Below, piece by piece: positions 7,927 through 17,473 of a stretch of 64,000 bases of DNA. The position numbers and the translations under genes are program-made. The notes below the pieces were generated by a model. The model was given only the letters and a program-made list of their open reading frames with translations. It had not been told where the DNA came from and made no database searches. Positions within the stretch are counted from its first letter, which is position 1. The number at the start of each line of letters is the position of its first letter. Source of the DNA: an uncultured Actinomycetes bacterium (lineage in GTDB: Bacteria; Actinomycetota; Thermoleophilia; UBA2241); the NCBI GenBank assembly GCA_963755025.1, contig CAVWIH010000013.1:1-64000 (forward strand). Reading direction: 5' to 3'.

Positions 7927-10163
7927 ACGGGGAGGCCGGCACACCGGCACTGCTTGAAGAGGTGCTGGGCCGTTTGCGCGGCGTCAAGCAGGCCGGCACC
8001 GGCTACATGGCGCGTTGTCCCGCCCATGATGATCGCTGCGCTTCGCTGTCGGTTGCGTCGGGCGAGGAGGGGCGTGTCCTGCTCTACTGCCAGGCCGGCT
8101 GTAAGACGGCAGACGTGGCGGCAGCGATCGGTCTGCCGATGGCCGGGCTGATGGGCGACGCCAAGGGCTCCGAGGGCGGCAAGGCCAGGATCGTCGCGAG
8201 CTACGACTACTGCGACGAGTCAGGCGAGCTGCTCTATCAGGTCGTCCGCTTTGAGCCCAAGGGGTTCCGCCAAAGGCGGCCCAAAGGCCAGGGGTGGGAG
8301 TGGAAGCTCGACGGCGTGCGACGCGTGCTGTACCGGCTCCCGGAAGTGCTCCAGGCCGTGAACAGTCGCGAGGCGATCTACATCTGCGAGGGCGAGAAGG
8401 ACGTCGAGGCGCTCGAGCGCGCAGGCTGTGCGGCGACCTGCAACGCAGGCGGCGCGGGCAAATGGCGACCCGAGTACAGCGAGGCGCTCGCCGGCGCCAA
8501 CGTGATCATCGTGGCCGACCGGGACGAGCCCGGTCGCAAGCACGCCGCCGTGGTTGCGGCCGCCTTGAGGGACGTGGCGGGCGCCCTGTGCGTCGTCGAG
8601 GCTCGTGTCGGCAAGGACGCCGCCGACCATCTGGCGGCCGGCCACGGTCCAGAGGAGTTCGTGCGGCTCGATCTTGCCGTCGACGAGGCGCAAAGCGAGT
8701 CCCAAAACGAGGGTGGTCCACCGGTCGCCGAGGCGGCTCACGCAGCGGTGCTCAGGGAGAAATGGCGCGACCTCTATCGCTGGTCGCACGCCGAGGACTG
8801 CTGGCGTCGCTGGAACGGCGCTGTCTGGGAGGAGACCCCGCGGGTCGCCGTGGTCTCAGCAGCGCAGAAGGCACTGCGTCGTCACTACGGTCACTGCTTG
8901 GCAGAGAGCCAAGGTGAGGCCGAGTACAAGCGGCTGCGCGACCTGCATGCCCACGCCTGTAAGCATGCCAACGTGGTGGCCGGCCTCGCCTTCCTGTCGG
9001 GCGAGCGAGGGTTTCTCACTCTGCACGCAGAATGGGACGCCGATCCTTGGGCGCTGAACTGCGCCGACGGCATCCTGGACCTGCGCAGCCAGACCCTGCG
9101 CCCGCACGACCCCGACGCCCTGTGCACCAAGATCGCGCGCTGGAGTTACGCAGACAGCGACAGTTCGGGGGCTTGGCAACGTCACTTGCAACTCTGCCTG
9201 CCGAGTGCCGAGGTGCGCCGCCAGGTACAGCGCGACCTCGGGCGAGCACTGGTCGCCGGCGACCTCGAAGAGGTCCTGCCGATCTGGTACGGCACCGGCG
9301 CAAACGGCAAGTCGACCACCGAGCGCGCTCTGCTTGGCGGCGTCGGCTCCTACGCCAAGAAGGCGGTCAACAATCTGCTGGTGATGGCCAGGTCCGAGCG
9401 CCACCCGACCGAGATCGCCCACCTGGCCGGCTCGCGCCTCATCTTCTGCGAGGAGATCCAGGACGGCAAGCACCTGGCCGAGGCGCTGGTCAAGGACCTG
9501 ACCGGCGGAGCGCCCAAGACCGCGCGCTTCATGAACAAGGACTTCTTCGAGTTCGAACAGACCTTCTCGCTGTTCTTGTTGGTCAACCACCGGCCCGTGA
9601 TCAGCGGCACCGACAAGGGCATCTGGCGGCGCATACGCCTTGTCCCCTGGACGGTGTCGGTCCCCGCTGCGCAACAACGGCCCCAGGACGAGATGGTCGC
9701 CGAGCTCGACGCCGACGGCGCCTGGATGCTGCGCTGGATGGTCGCGGGGCTCGCCGACTGGCAGGCTGACCACCACTGGATCGCAGAGGAGGTCGAGGTC
9801 GCGACCGCCGCCTACCGTGCCGAGCAGGATCGCCTCGGCGAGTTTCTCGCCGACGTCTGCGAGGAGAAGCCGTTCGCTGAGGTCTCGGCCGCCGAACTCC
9901 ACGCCGCCCACGCCCGTTGGTGCATCGGCTCCGGCGAGGAGGAGCTGACCAAGACAGCCCTGGGAAAGGCACTCAAAAGCAGAGGCTTCACGCAGAAGAG
10001 GGGCAGTGGCGGAGCGAAGCTGTGGCAGGGGCTTCGACTGGTCGGGACGCGTTGGGACGCGTTTCCCGTAAGTTCTTCAGAATGCACGATTCATGGGGAG
10101 GACCAGGATAACGCGTCCCAACGCGTCCCAGATGCCATCGGCTGGCTGTTTGGTGCCCCTTGA
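7923..10163 (+). CDS. primase-helicase (Zn-binding, TOPRIM, P4/D5-family ATPase)
   Basis: CPAHDD..CQAGC, CEGEKD, ADRDEPG, GTGANGKST, GIWRR. Confidence 0.93.
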   Translation: MNGEAGTPALLEEVLGRLRGVKQAGTGYMARCPAHDDRCASLSVASGEEGRVLLYCQAGCKTADVAAAIGLPMAGLMGDAKGSEGGKARIVASYDYCDESGELLYQVVRFEPKGFRQRRPKGQGWEWKLDGVRRVLYRLPEVLQAVNSREAIYICEGEKDVEALERAGCAATCNAGGAGKWRPEYSEALAGANVIIVADRDEPGRKHAAVVAAALRDVAGALCVVEARVGKDAADHLAAGHGPEEFVRLDLAVDEAQSESQNEGGPPVAEAAHAAVLREKWRDLYRWSHAEDCWRRWNGAVWEETPRVAVVSAAQKALRRHYGHCLAESQGEAEYKRLRDLHAHACKHANVVAGLAFLSGERGFLTLHAEWDADPWALNCADGILDLRSQTLRPHDPDALCTKIARWSYADSDSSGAWQRHLQLCLPSAEVRRQVQRDLGRALVAGDLEEVLPIWYGTGANGKSTTERALLGGVGSYAKKAVNNLLVMARSERHPTEIAHLAGSRLIFCEEIQDGKHLAEALVKDLTGGAPKTARFMNKDFFEFEQTFSLFLLVNHRPVISGTDKGIWRRIRLVPWTVSVPAAQQRPQDEMVAELDADGAWMLRWMVAGLADWQADHHWIAEEVEVATAAYRAEQDRLGEFLADVCEEKPFAEVSAAELHAAHARWCIGSGEEELTKTALGKALKSRGFTQKRGSGGAKLWQGLRLVGTRWDAFPVSSSECTIHGEDQDNASQRVPDAIGWLFGAP
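10044..10129. repeat. perfect 20-bp inverted repeat of tandem 10-mers, candidate origin
   Basis: gggacgcgttgggacgcgtt (10044-10063) and aacgcgtcccaacgcgtccc (10110-10129). Confidence 0.75.
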
Positions 10164-10363
10164 GACGGACGATCGACGGGACTACTCACTCCACCGTCAA
10201 TGGTATTCGGAATGTCGTGGCTCCCATACTGCTTCACGACGAAGACTGGAGAGCTGTCCGCTAGGCGCGCCGTAGCGGACTGCGCGCAGCAACCCCCCCC
10301 CGCACTCACGGTGCTGCTCATCATCTGCCTGAGTGTGCCCCTCGGCGACTAGGTCAAGGCGGT

Positions 10364-10397
10364 TTGACACCCTCGGGCTACATGATAATGTTTCTCG
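10364..10397 (+). promoter_or_regulatory. sigma70-type promoter with Fur-type box, upstream of hemA
   Basis: TTGACA-N16-TAATGT overlapped by TGATAAT-G-TTTCTCG. Confidence 0.7.
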
Positions 10398-10636
10398 GCT
10401 AGGTCTGATGCGCTGACGTGCTCCTGCGGCGTGGGCACGCGTGGATGCAACGCCCAAGCGGACTGGGATGAATGGCGAAGTGTTGACTCAGTTAGGAACG
10501 TCTCCCAACGTCGTCACGGCGCCGCTTCTTTCACCTAAGCCGCTACCGTCATCGGCGCCCTTGCCCGATTGTCCATCTGAACCCGGAGCCGCGCAGGCGT
10601 TGTAGCCTCAGCGCGGGCCAGAGGAAGGGACTCTGT

Positions 10637-11914
10637 GTGCATCCTGTCGTGCTCGGCATCTCTCACAAGACGGCGCCGCTCGAACTGCGCGAGAGGCTTG
10701 CCCTGCCCTGCGCCGACGCCGTCGCCCTGGCCGGCCGGCTCCTCGACTGCGAGACCGTCACCGAGGCCGTCGTGCTCTCCACCTGCAACCGCACCGAACT
10801 CTACCTGCTGGCCACCGATCCGGCCGCCGCCCGGCAGGTCGCCGTGGCGCGCCTGGCCGAGCGCGGCGGCGTGTCCGTGTCCGCGCTTGCCGGGGCCTCG
10901 TGCGCCGCCGACGGCGACGCCGCCATCGCCCACCTCTTCCGGGTGGCCGCCAGCCTCGACAGCCTGGTCGTCGGCGAGGCGCAGGTCCTCGCCCAGCTCA
11001 AGGGCGCCTACGAGGCCGCCCGCGCCGCCGGCTGCACGGGAGCGGTCTTCAACCGGCTCTTCCGTCAGGCGCTCGAGGTGGGCAAGCGCGTGCGCTCAGA
11101 GACGACCATCGGCGAACACCCGGTGTCGGTGAGCTCGGTGGCCGTCGACCTTGCTCGTGCGGAGCTGGGCGGTCTCGACGATCGCGTCGTGCTCGTGCTG
11201 GGCGCCGGCGAGACCGGCGAGCTCACGGTCAAGCACCTGAAGGCAGGCGGAGCGGGCGCCGTGGTGGTCGCCAACCGCACGCTGGCCGCCGCCCAGGCGG
11301 TGGCCGACCGCTGCGACGGGCGCGCCGCCTGCCTCGAAGCGCTCGACGCCGAACTGCTGGGCGCCGACATCGTGATCTCCTCGACGGCCGCTCCCGGCTT
11401 TCTGGTCGACCGCGACCGCCTGGCGGCCGTCATGGCCGCGCGCCACCGCCGTCCCCTGTTCCTGATCGACATCGCCGTGCCGCGCAACCTCGACCCCGCC
11501 ATCGCCGGCCTTGCCGACTGCTGCCTGTACGACATCGACGACCTGCGCGGCGTGGTGGCCGCCAACCGCGGCGAGCGCGAGCGTGAGGTCGTGCAGGCCG
11601 AGCGCATCGTGGGCGAAGAGGTCGCGCGCATGAGCGACTGGCTGGCCGGCCTTGCGGTGGTACCCACCGTCGCCGCCCTGAGGGGCTCGATCGAGCAGAT
11701 CCGCCAGGCCGAGATCGCCCGCCTCGACTGCCGCCTGGCCCGGCTTCCCGAGGCCCACCGCGCCGCGGTCGAGCAGCTCACCCAGGCGATCGTCAACAAG
11801 ATCCTGCACGTGCCCACGGTGCGCCTGAAAGAGCTCGCCGCCGAGCCCGAGGCCTACGTCTACGTCGAGGCCCTGCAGCGCCTGTTCGACCTGGGCGACG
11901 CCACAGGCCGGTGA
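10637..11914 (+). CDS. hemA: glutamyl-tRNA reductase
   Basis: LSTCNRTELY, GEAQVLAQ, GAGETG, DIAVPR. Confidence 0.96.
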   Translation: MHPVVLGISHKTAPLELRERLALPCADAVALAGRLLDCETVTEAVVLSTCNRTELYLLATDPAAARQVAVARLAERGGVSVSALAGASCAADGDAAIAHLFRVAASLDSLVVGEAQVLAQLKGAYEAARAAGCTGAVFNRLFRQALEVGKRVRSETTIGEHPVSVSSVAVDLARAELGGLDDRVVLVLGAGETGELTVKHLKAGGAGAVVVANRTLAAAQAVADRCDGRAACLEALDAELLGADIVISSTAAPGFLVDRDRLAAVMAARHRRPLFLIDIAVPRNLDPAIAGLADCCLYDIDDLRGVVAANRGEREREVVQAERIVGEEVARMSDWLAGLAVVPTVAALRGSIEQIRQAEIARLDCRLARLPEAHRAAVEQLTQAIVNKILHVPTVRLKELAAEPEAYVYVEALQRLFDLGDATGR

Positions 11915-12951
11915 ACGCCGCGCACATCGTCATAGGCTCGCGCTCGAGCACGCTTGCCTTGGTCCAGACCGAGACCGTGGCCGGTCTGCTGCGCGCCGCC
12001 CACACCGGTCTCGACCTGACCGTCGTCACGATCGCCACCACCGGCGACCGCAACCTCGAGTCGCCCTTGTCAGAGATCGGAGACAAGAGTCTCTTCACGA
12101 ATGAGCTCGAGAGCGCCCTGCTCGAAGGTGGAATCGACAGTGCCGTGCACTCTGCCAAGGACCTGCCGACCGCGCTACCCGCCGGTTGTGCCGTGGGCCC
12201 CATCACGCGCCGCGCAGACCCGCGCGACGTGGTGGCCGCCGTCGGTGCCGCGCAGCCAAGCGCAAGCACGGTCGGCGCGGCCCCAGGTGGGTCGGGCTCT
12301 GCTTCGCACCCCCTCGGCTTTGCTGCCCCGCCCGGCGGCCTAGCCGCCCTGCCAGCCCGCGCGCGTCTGGGCAGCTCGAGCCTGCGCCGACGCTCGCAGC
12401 TGCTCGCACTGCGCCCCGACCTTGAACTCGTCGATCTGCGCGGCAACGTCGAGACTCGCCTGCGCAAGGTCGTAGAGCAGGACTTGGACGGCACCGTACT
12501 GGCCGCCGCCGGCCTTGAGCGCCTGGGGCGCACCGATCTGGCCGCCTTTGCCTTCTCGTTCGAGCAGATGCTGCCTGCCGTTGGCCAGGGAGCCCTGGCC
12601 GTCGAGATCAGGGCCAGCGATGAGCGCGTCGCCGCCCTGCCTGCCTGCCTGCACGACGGCCTTGGCGCCTTGGCGGTGCACGCCAAACGCACCCTGCTGG
12701 GCGCACTGCAGGGTGGCTGCCAAATCCCCATCGGCGCGCACGCCGAGCTGCGCTCCGCCAAGCTCACCTTGCGCGCCTACGTCGGCTCGCTCGACGGCAC
12801 GCAGTCCGTACGCGACTCGCTGGCCGGTGCGGCGGCCGCGCCCGAGGCACTCGGCCGCGCCTTGGCCGAGCGCCTGCGCGCCGCTGGTGCCGGGGGGATT
12901 TTGGCGGAGGTGCGCGACGTGGAAGGCGCCGCACCAGGGAGCGGCCGATGA
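11911..12951 (+). CDS. hemC: porphobilinogen deaminase
   Basis: VHSAKD, SSLRR, LRGNVETR, GGCQIPIG. Confidence 0.95.
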   Translation: MNAAHIVIGSRSSTLALVQTETVAGLLRAAHTGLDLTVVTIATTGDRNLESPLSEIGDKSLFTNELESALLEGGIDSAVHSAKDLPTALPAGCAVGPITRRADPRDVVAAVGAAQPSASTVGAAPGGSGSASHPLGFAAPPGGLAALPARARLGSSSLRRRSQLLALRPDLELVDLRGNVETRLRKVVEQDLDGTVLAAAGLERLGRTDLAAFAFSFEQMLPAVGQGALAVEIRASDERVAALPACLHDGLGALAVHAKRTLLGALQGGCQIPIGAHAELRSAKLTLRAYVGSLDGTQSVRDSLAGAAAAPEALGRALAERLRAAGAGGILAEVRDVEGAAPGSGR

Positions 12952-14174
12952 CAACTGCCAAGCGAATTATCATAGTGCCTGACGGCATGGCCGATCATCC
13001 CCAGGATCGCCTCGGCGGCAAGACTCCGCTCGAGGCCGCGCACACCCCGCATCTCGACCGCATTGCGCGCGGCGGCCTGGTCGGTCTGGTCACCACCGTT
13101 CCCGATGGCATGGCTGCCGGTAGCGACGTCGCCAACCTGTCGGTGTTCGGCTACGACCCGGCTGCGGTCTTCACGGGACGAGCTCCCTTGGAGGCGGCCG
13201 GCCTAGGAGTTCGCTTGTCGGCCGTCGACGTCGCCTACCGCTGTAATCTCGTCACCATCGTCGATGGGGCCATCAGCGACGCGACCGCAGGCTACCTTCC
13301 GAAGGCGGAGGCGGAGGGAGTGATCGACCTCCTCAACCGTGGTATCGGGGCGCCCTTCGAGTTCTACGCGGGGACGAGCTTTCGCTGCCTCATGGTGTGG
13401 CGCGGCGGGCGCGAGGCGCGCACGACGCCGCCCCAGGACATCGTTGGGCGTCAGTTTGCTGGCTTTCTGCCGAACGGTGAAGGGGGCGCCTCGCTCCGCG
13501 ATGTCATGGTACGTGCCGGTGAGGTCCTGGACGGCGCGGACGCGCGGGCCACCGGCATCTGGCTTTGGGGCGGTGGTCGCGCGCCTTCGCTGCCCGCTTT
13601 CTCCGGCATGCGCGGTCTCTCGGCTGTCGTGGTGGCTGCAACCCAGCTCGTCAAAGGCATCGGGGTCTGCGCTGGCTGCGACGTGTCCAGTGTTCCCGGC
13701 GCCACCGGTTTTATCGACACCGACTATGCCGCCAAGGCGCGGACTGCGCTCGCCGCGCTGTGGTGCCACGACCTCGCCTTCATTCATATCGAGGCGCCCG
13801 ACGAGGCCAGCCACATGAGGAGTCTCGGCGACAAGCTTCGCGCCATAGAGGCCATCGACCGCGAGATCCTGGGTCGCATCGCGCGCGAGCTTCCCGCTGT
13901 CGCCATGCTCGTCCTCCCCGATCACTACACGTCGGTGGCGAGCGGCCTGCACGAGGCACTTGCCGTGCCGTTCGCCTACCGGGCGGCTGCGAAGCCTGTT
14001 CTACCCAACTTCGCCAGCAGGCCGTCGACCCCTGGCGACCGATGCGGCAGCCTAGCGCACGATCAGCGCGCGGCTTGCGTCTTCAGCGAAGTCGAGGCTG
14101 CTCGGACTGGTCTCGTACTGCCCAGCGGCGCAGCCCTCATGGACCTGTTCCTAGGCGACACGGTGACCTTCTGA
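12948..14174 (+). CDS. ApgM-type cofactor-independent phosphoglycerate mutase / proposed homoserine kinase family
   Basis: DGMAD..GGKTPLEAA, GSDVANLSVFGYDP, GRAPLEAA, RCNLVT, HIEAPDEASH, DH. Confidence 0.9.
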   Translation: MTTAKRIIIVPDGMADHPQDRLGGKTPLEAAHTPHLDRIARGGLVGLVTTVPDGMAAGSDVANLSVFGYDPAAVFTGRAPLEAAGLGVRLSAVDVAYRCNLVTIVDGAISDATAGYLPKAEAEGVIDLLNRGIGAPFEFYAGTSFRCLMVWRGGREARTTPPQDIVGRQFAGFLPNGEGGASLRDVMVRAGEVLDGADARATGIWLWGGGRAPSLPAFSGMRGLSAVVVAATQLVKGIGVCAGCDVSSVPGATGFIDTDYAAKARTALAALWCHDLAFIHIEAPDEASHMRSLGDKLRAIEAIDREILGRIARELPAVAMLVLPDHYTSVASGLHEALAVPFAYRAAAKPVLPNFASRPSTPGDRCGSLAHDQRAACVFSEVEAARTGLVLPSGAALMDLFLGDTVTF

Positions 14175-14457
14175 ACGTCCGCGGTCACGGCCCTCGTTGC
14201 GCTATTTGACAGGTGATTTCGACAAGCGATCGCACTTCGGCCAGTGGCTGGGTCGCTGTCGCACCCTGGCAAGTGTTTTCCGGTGAAGAAGCATTGACAC
14301 CCTCCACTCGAGAGTGTCGCTCGTGCGGCCTTTTGCCCGCTTGCTGAAGGTTCGCCTGCTATCTACTTCGGAACACAGGTGCAGGGCCTGAGAGGATTCG
14401 GACCGTCTCCCCGGACAGCCTGTCCCTCTCCACAGTCGTTGCCTGACTGGCGGCAGT

Positions 14458-14492
14458 TTGACGATGGCGAAGTCAATTGATAATCTTTCGCA
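14458..14492 (+). promoter_or_regulatory. sigma70-type promoter with Fur-type box, upstream of NiCoT
   Basis: TTGACG-N17-TAATCT overlapped by TGATAAT-C-TTTCGCA. Confidence 0.75.
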
Positions 14493-14657
14493 ACTAACGC
14501 GACCTATGGTCTCGAACCACGAGCGGTGCAATGCGTAATTGCACTGCTGCGACGCGAGAGACCGGGATTGGAGTTAGGAACATTCTCGTCTACTGGCAGC
14601 GTTGTGCCCTTGCAAGGGAGACGGAATCGTGGCAGTCCAACCACAGGGAGAGTGACG

Positions 14658-15794
14658 ATGACACGCAGGGTGGCACGGCTCAGAGGGGCCATGACGGCCG
14701 AGGAGTGGCTCCGCCTGGGCGGCATAGCAGCCGTGATCGTTGCCGTCAACATTCTCGGCTGGGCCGTGTTCGCGCTCGCCGTCCTGCCTCATCACTTTCG
14801 CTACGTCGGAGTCGGCGTGGGGTTCGGGGTGGCCATCACCGCCTACACCCTAGGCATGCGCCACGCCTTCGACGCCGACCACATCTCGGCGATCGACAAC
14901 GTGACCCGCAAGCTAATGGCCGAGAACAAGCGCCGGCCGCTGGGGACCGGCTTCTTCTTTGCTTTGGGCCACTCGACTATCGTCTTTGTGGTCGGCGTGG
15001 GCATCAGCATCGCGGCCAAAGCGGTCTTTGGCGCCGTGGTCGACCCCCACACCACCGCCTCGAGCGCCGCAGGGATCATCGGCACCGGCGTGTCGGGCGT
15101 CTTTCTCTACATCATCGCGGCCATGAATATCGTCATCCTGGTGGGGATCGTCCGAGTCTTTGTGCGGGTGCGACGAGGCATCTACACCCCTGAGGAACTT
15201 GAGGCCCAGATCCAGGCGAGCGGCATGATGTACCGCTTCTTCGGTCGCTTCATGCGTTCGATGCGACACTCCTGGCAGATGTTCTTCGTGGGCTTGGTCT
15301 TCGGCATCGGCTTCGACACGGCGACCGAAGTCCTGCTGCTGGCGGCCACCGCGGGGGCCGCCCTGCAGGGACTGCCGTGGTATGCGGTGCTCAGCCTGCC
15401 TCTGCTGTTCTGCGGTGGCATGTGCATCTTCGACTCACTCGATGGCATCTTCATGAACATCGCCTACGGCTGGGCGTTTGCTCAGCCGCTGCGCAAGGTC
15501 TACTACAACATCACGATCACGGGGCTGTCGGTGGCGGTCGCCCTGTTCATCGGCACCATCGAGCTGACCGGGCTGCTGGCTACCGAGATGCGCCTGCACG
15601 GCTGGTTTTGGGACCACATGGCCGGCTTCAACATCAACGAGGCGGGCTATGCGATCGTCGCCATGTTCATCATCGTGTGGACTGCCGCCCTGCTGATCTG
15701 GCGCTACGGAAGGATCGAACAGCGTTGGGCGGGTCAACTCGAGGTCAGCGTGGTGCAGGGCGAAGAGATCTCGGAGAGCCTGGCCGAGGGGTAG
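14658..15794 (+). CDS. HoxN/HupN/NixA (NiCoT) nickel/cobalt permease
   Basis: RHAFDADHI signature, FFALGHS, FGIGFDTATE. Confidence 0.95.
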   Translation: MTRRVARLRGAMTAEEWLRLGGIAAVIVAVNILGWAVFALAVLPHHFRYVGVGVGFGVAITAYTLGMRHAFDADHISAIDNVTRKLMAENKRRPLGTGFFFALGHSTIVFVVGVGISIAAKAVFGAVVDPHTTASSAAGIIGTGVSGVFLYIIAAMNIVILVGIVRVFVRVRRGIYTPEELEAQIQASGMMYRFFGRFMRSMRHSWQMFFVGLVFGIGFDTATEVLLLAATAGAALQGLPWYAVLSLPLLFCGGMCIFDSLDGIFMNIAYGWAFAQPLRKVYYNITITGLSVAVALFIGTIELTGLLATEMRLHGWFWDHMAGFNINEAGYAIVAMFIIVWTAALLIWRYGRIEQRWAGQLEVSVVQGEEISESLAEG

Positions 15795-16092
15795 ACCGCT
15801 ACCGCCACTGCGCCACAGACCGACTGCGGCTGCCCGGGAGTGCGGCCACGAAGTCGCCGTCGGGGTGCGACATTGGCTCTTGCATCACCTGCCGTTCTTG
15901 ACTGACGCCATTATCCTCGTCGACCCTGCCGCGGCCTCTGGAGTGCGCTACCACGACAGCGGTGAACATCGCCACGACGAGCTTCCGCCTTCATTCACAC
16001 TGAGGAGAGTTTCTTCGCTTGTAGGAGGTCTTGATGGATCCATCCGGCACAATATCGCCTGCGCTGGGGGCAATCCCCGCTGAGCCGACGGG

Positions 16093-16126
16093 TTGACCCT
16101 GACGAGCAGGATGATAATCTTTCGCA
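16093..16126 (+). promoter_or_regulatory. sigma70-type promoter with Fur-type box, upstream of the cob/cbi operon
   Basis: TTGACC-N16-TAATCT overlapped by TGATAAT-C-TTTCGCA, 15/15 identical to the NiCoT site. Confidence 0.75.
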
Positions 16127-16282
16127 TTCAGAGATTCGAATGGCTGAGCGCCATGCAGACAGGCTGCGAGCGGCGCGGGTCCAAGAGGAGTATCAGGTTA
16201 TGGGGCCCACGCGCTTAACGAGATTCCGATTCGGCTCAACTTTGCGATTAGGCTCGTCTTTCCGTGGGCGAGCTGCGAAAGG

Positions 16283-17473
16283 GTGCGTGCGGTGACTGGA
16301 CCGTATCGGCGCTTCTTCTTTCGCACTCTGACAGCGGCTGCGCACGGCGGCGTCGACCGCACGGCGCTGCGCGCCGAGGGCGCCAGCCTTGAGGGCCTAC
16401 TTGACTTCAGCTCTAACCGTGCGCCGCTCGGCGCGGCGCCTGGCGTCGCCGCGGCGCTCACCGCGGTCGATATTGGAGCCTACCCCGATTCGCGCGCCGG
16501 CGAGCTGGCCGGCGCACTTGCCGCTCACCACGGCGTGGCGGCCGGTCACGTGGTGGTCGGAAACGGCAGCACCGAGCTGATCCGCCTGATCGCCCAGCTC
16601 GCGCTCGGTCCCGGCGATGTCGCGCTGTCTTTAGCGCCATCGTTCGGTGAGTACGAGCTCGGCACTCGGTTGGCGGGCGCCGAGTTTGTCGAGGTGCGAA
16701 TGGTGCGTGCGGCTAGAGACGCGGCGGCCACCGTGGCGTGCGATGTGACGGCCGATCAACTAGCCGGTGACGCGAGCGGCACGACGGTCGGATTTGCCGC
16801 CGACGAGCCGGCCCTGCGCGGCGCGCTCGCGCGCCTGCGGCCGCGCCTGTGCTGGCTTTGCTCGCCCAACAATCCGACCGGCGCAGCCCTGCAACCAGCG
16901 CTTATCGAGGCTCTAGTGGGCGACCATCCCGACACGCTGTTCGTGCTCGACGAGGCCTACCGCGACCTGCTTGTCGAACCGCAGTGGAGCGCGGCACTAC
17001 TGGCCGCCGGGAATCTCGTCGTGCTGCACTCGCTGACCAAAGCTTGGGGCTTGGCCGGGTTGCGCCTCGGCTACGCACTGCTAGACGAAGGACTCGCGGC
17101 GGCGCTGCGCGCTGCCGCCCCACCGTGGAACGTGAACGCCTGCGCCCAGGCCGCTGGCTTGGCTGCGCTCGCCGATGTCGACCACTACCGATGCTCAGTC
17201 GAGCTCATGCGCCGTGGGCGTGATTGCTTGGGCGCCGCACTGCGCGAGCGCGGCTGGCAGGTCGAGCCCTCCGCCGCTGGCTTCTTTCTGGTTGACGTGG
17301 GCGACGCGTCCGACGCTCGCCGCGCCCTGCTGCGCGGTGGCTGCCTGGTGCGCGACTGCAGCTCGTTCGGCCTGCCCGCACACGTGCGCGTGAGTCCTCG
17401 CCTGACCGACCAGAACGAGCGCCTGCTAGCCGCCTTTGCGATTCTCGCTCCGTCGGCGCGACAGCCGTCTTGA
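16283..17473 (+). CDS. cobD: threonine-phosphate decarboxylase (PLP-dependent)
   Basis: HGG, DFSSN, PNNPTG, DEAY, SLTKAWGLAGLRLG, VRDCSSF; cob context. Confidence 0.85.
   Translation: MRAVTGPYRRFFFRTLTAAAHGGVDRTALRAEGASLEGLLDFSSNRAPLGAAPGVAAALTAVDIGAYPDSRAGELAGALAAHHGVAAGHVVVGNGSTELIRLIAQLALGPGDVALSLAPSFGEYELGTRLAGAEFVEVRMVRAARDAAATVACDVTADQLAGDASGTTVGFAADEPALRGALARLRPRLCWLCSPNNPTGAALQPALIEALVGDHPDTLFVLDEAYRDLLVEPQWSAALLAAGNLVVLHSLTKAWGLAGLRLGYALLDEGLAAALRAAAPPWNVNACAQAAGLAALADVDHYRCSVELMRRGRDCLGAALRERGWQVEPSAAGFFLVDVGDASDARRALLRGGCLVRDCSSFGLPAHVRVSPRLTDQNERLLAAFAILAPSARQPS

Noticed and set aside
16130-16283. cobalamin riboswitch before the cob operon
   Set aside because: No recognisable B12-box or conserved core by eye; needs an Infernal scan to exclude firmly.
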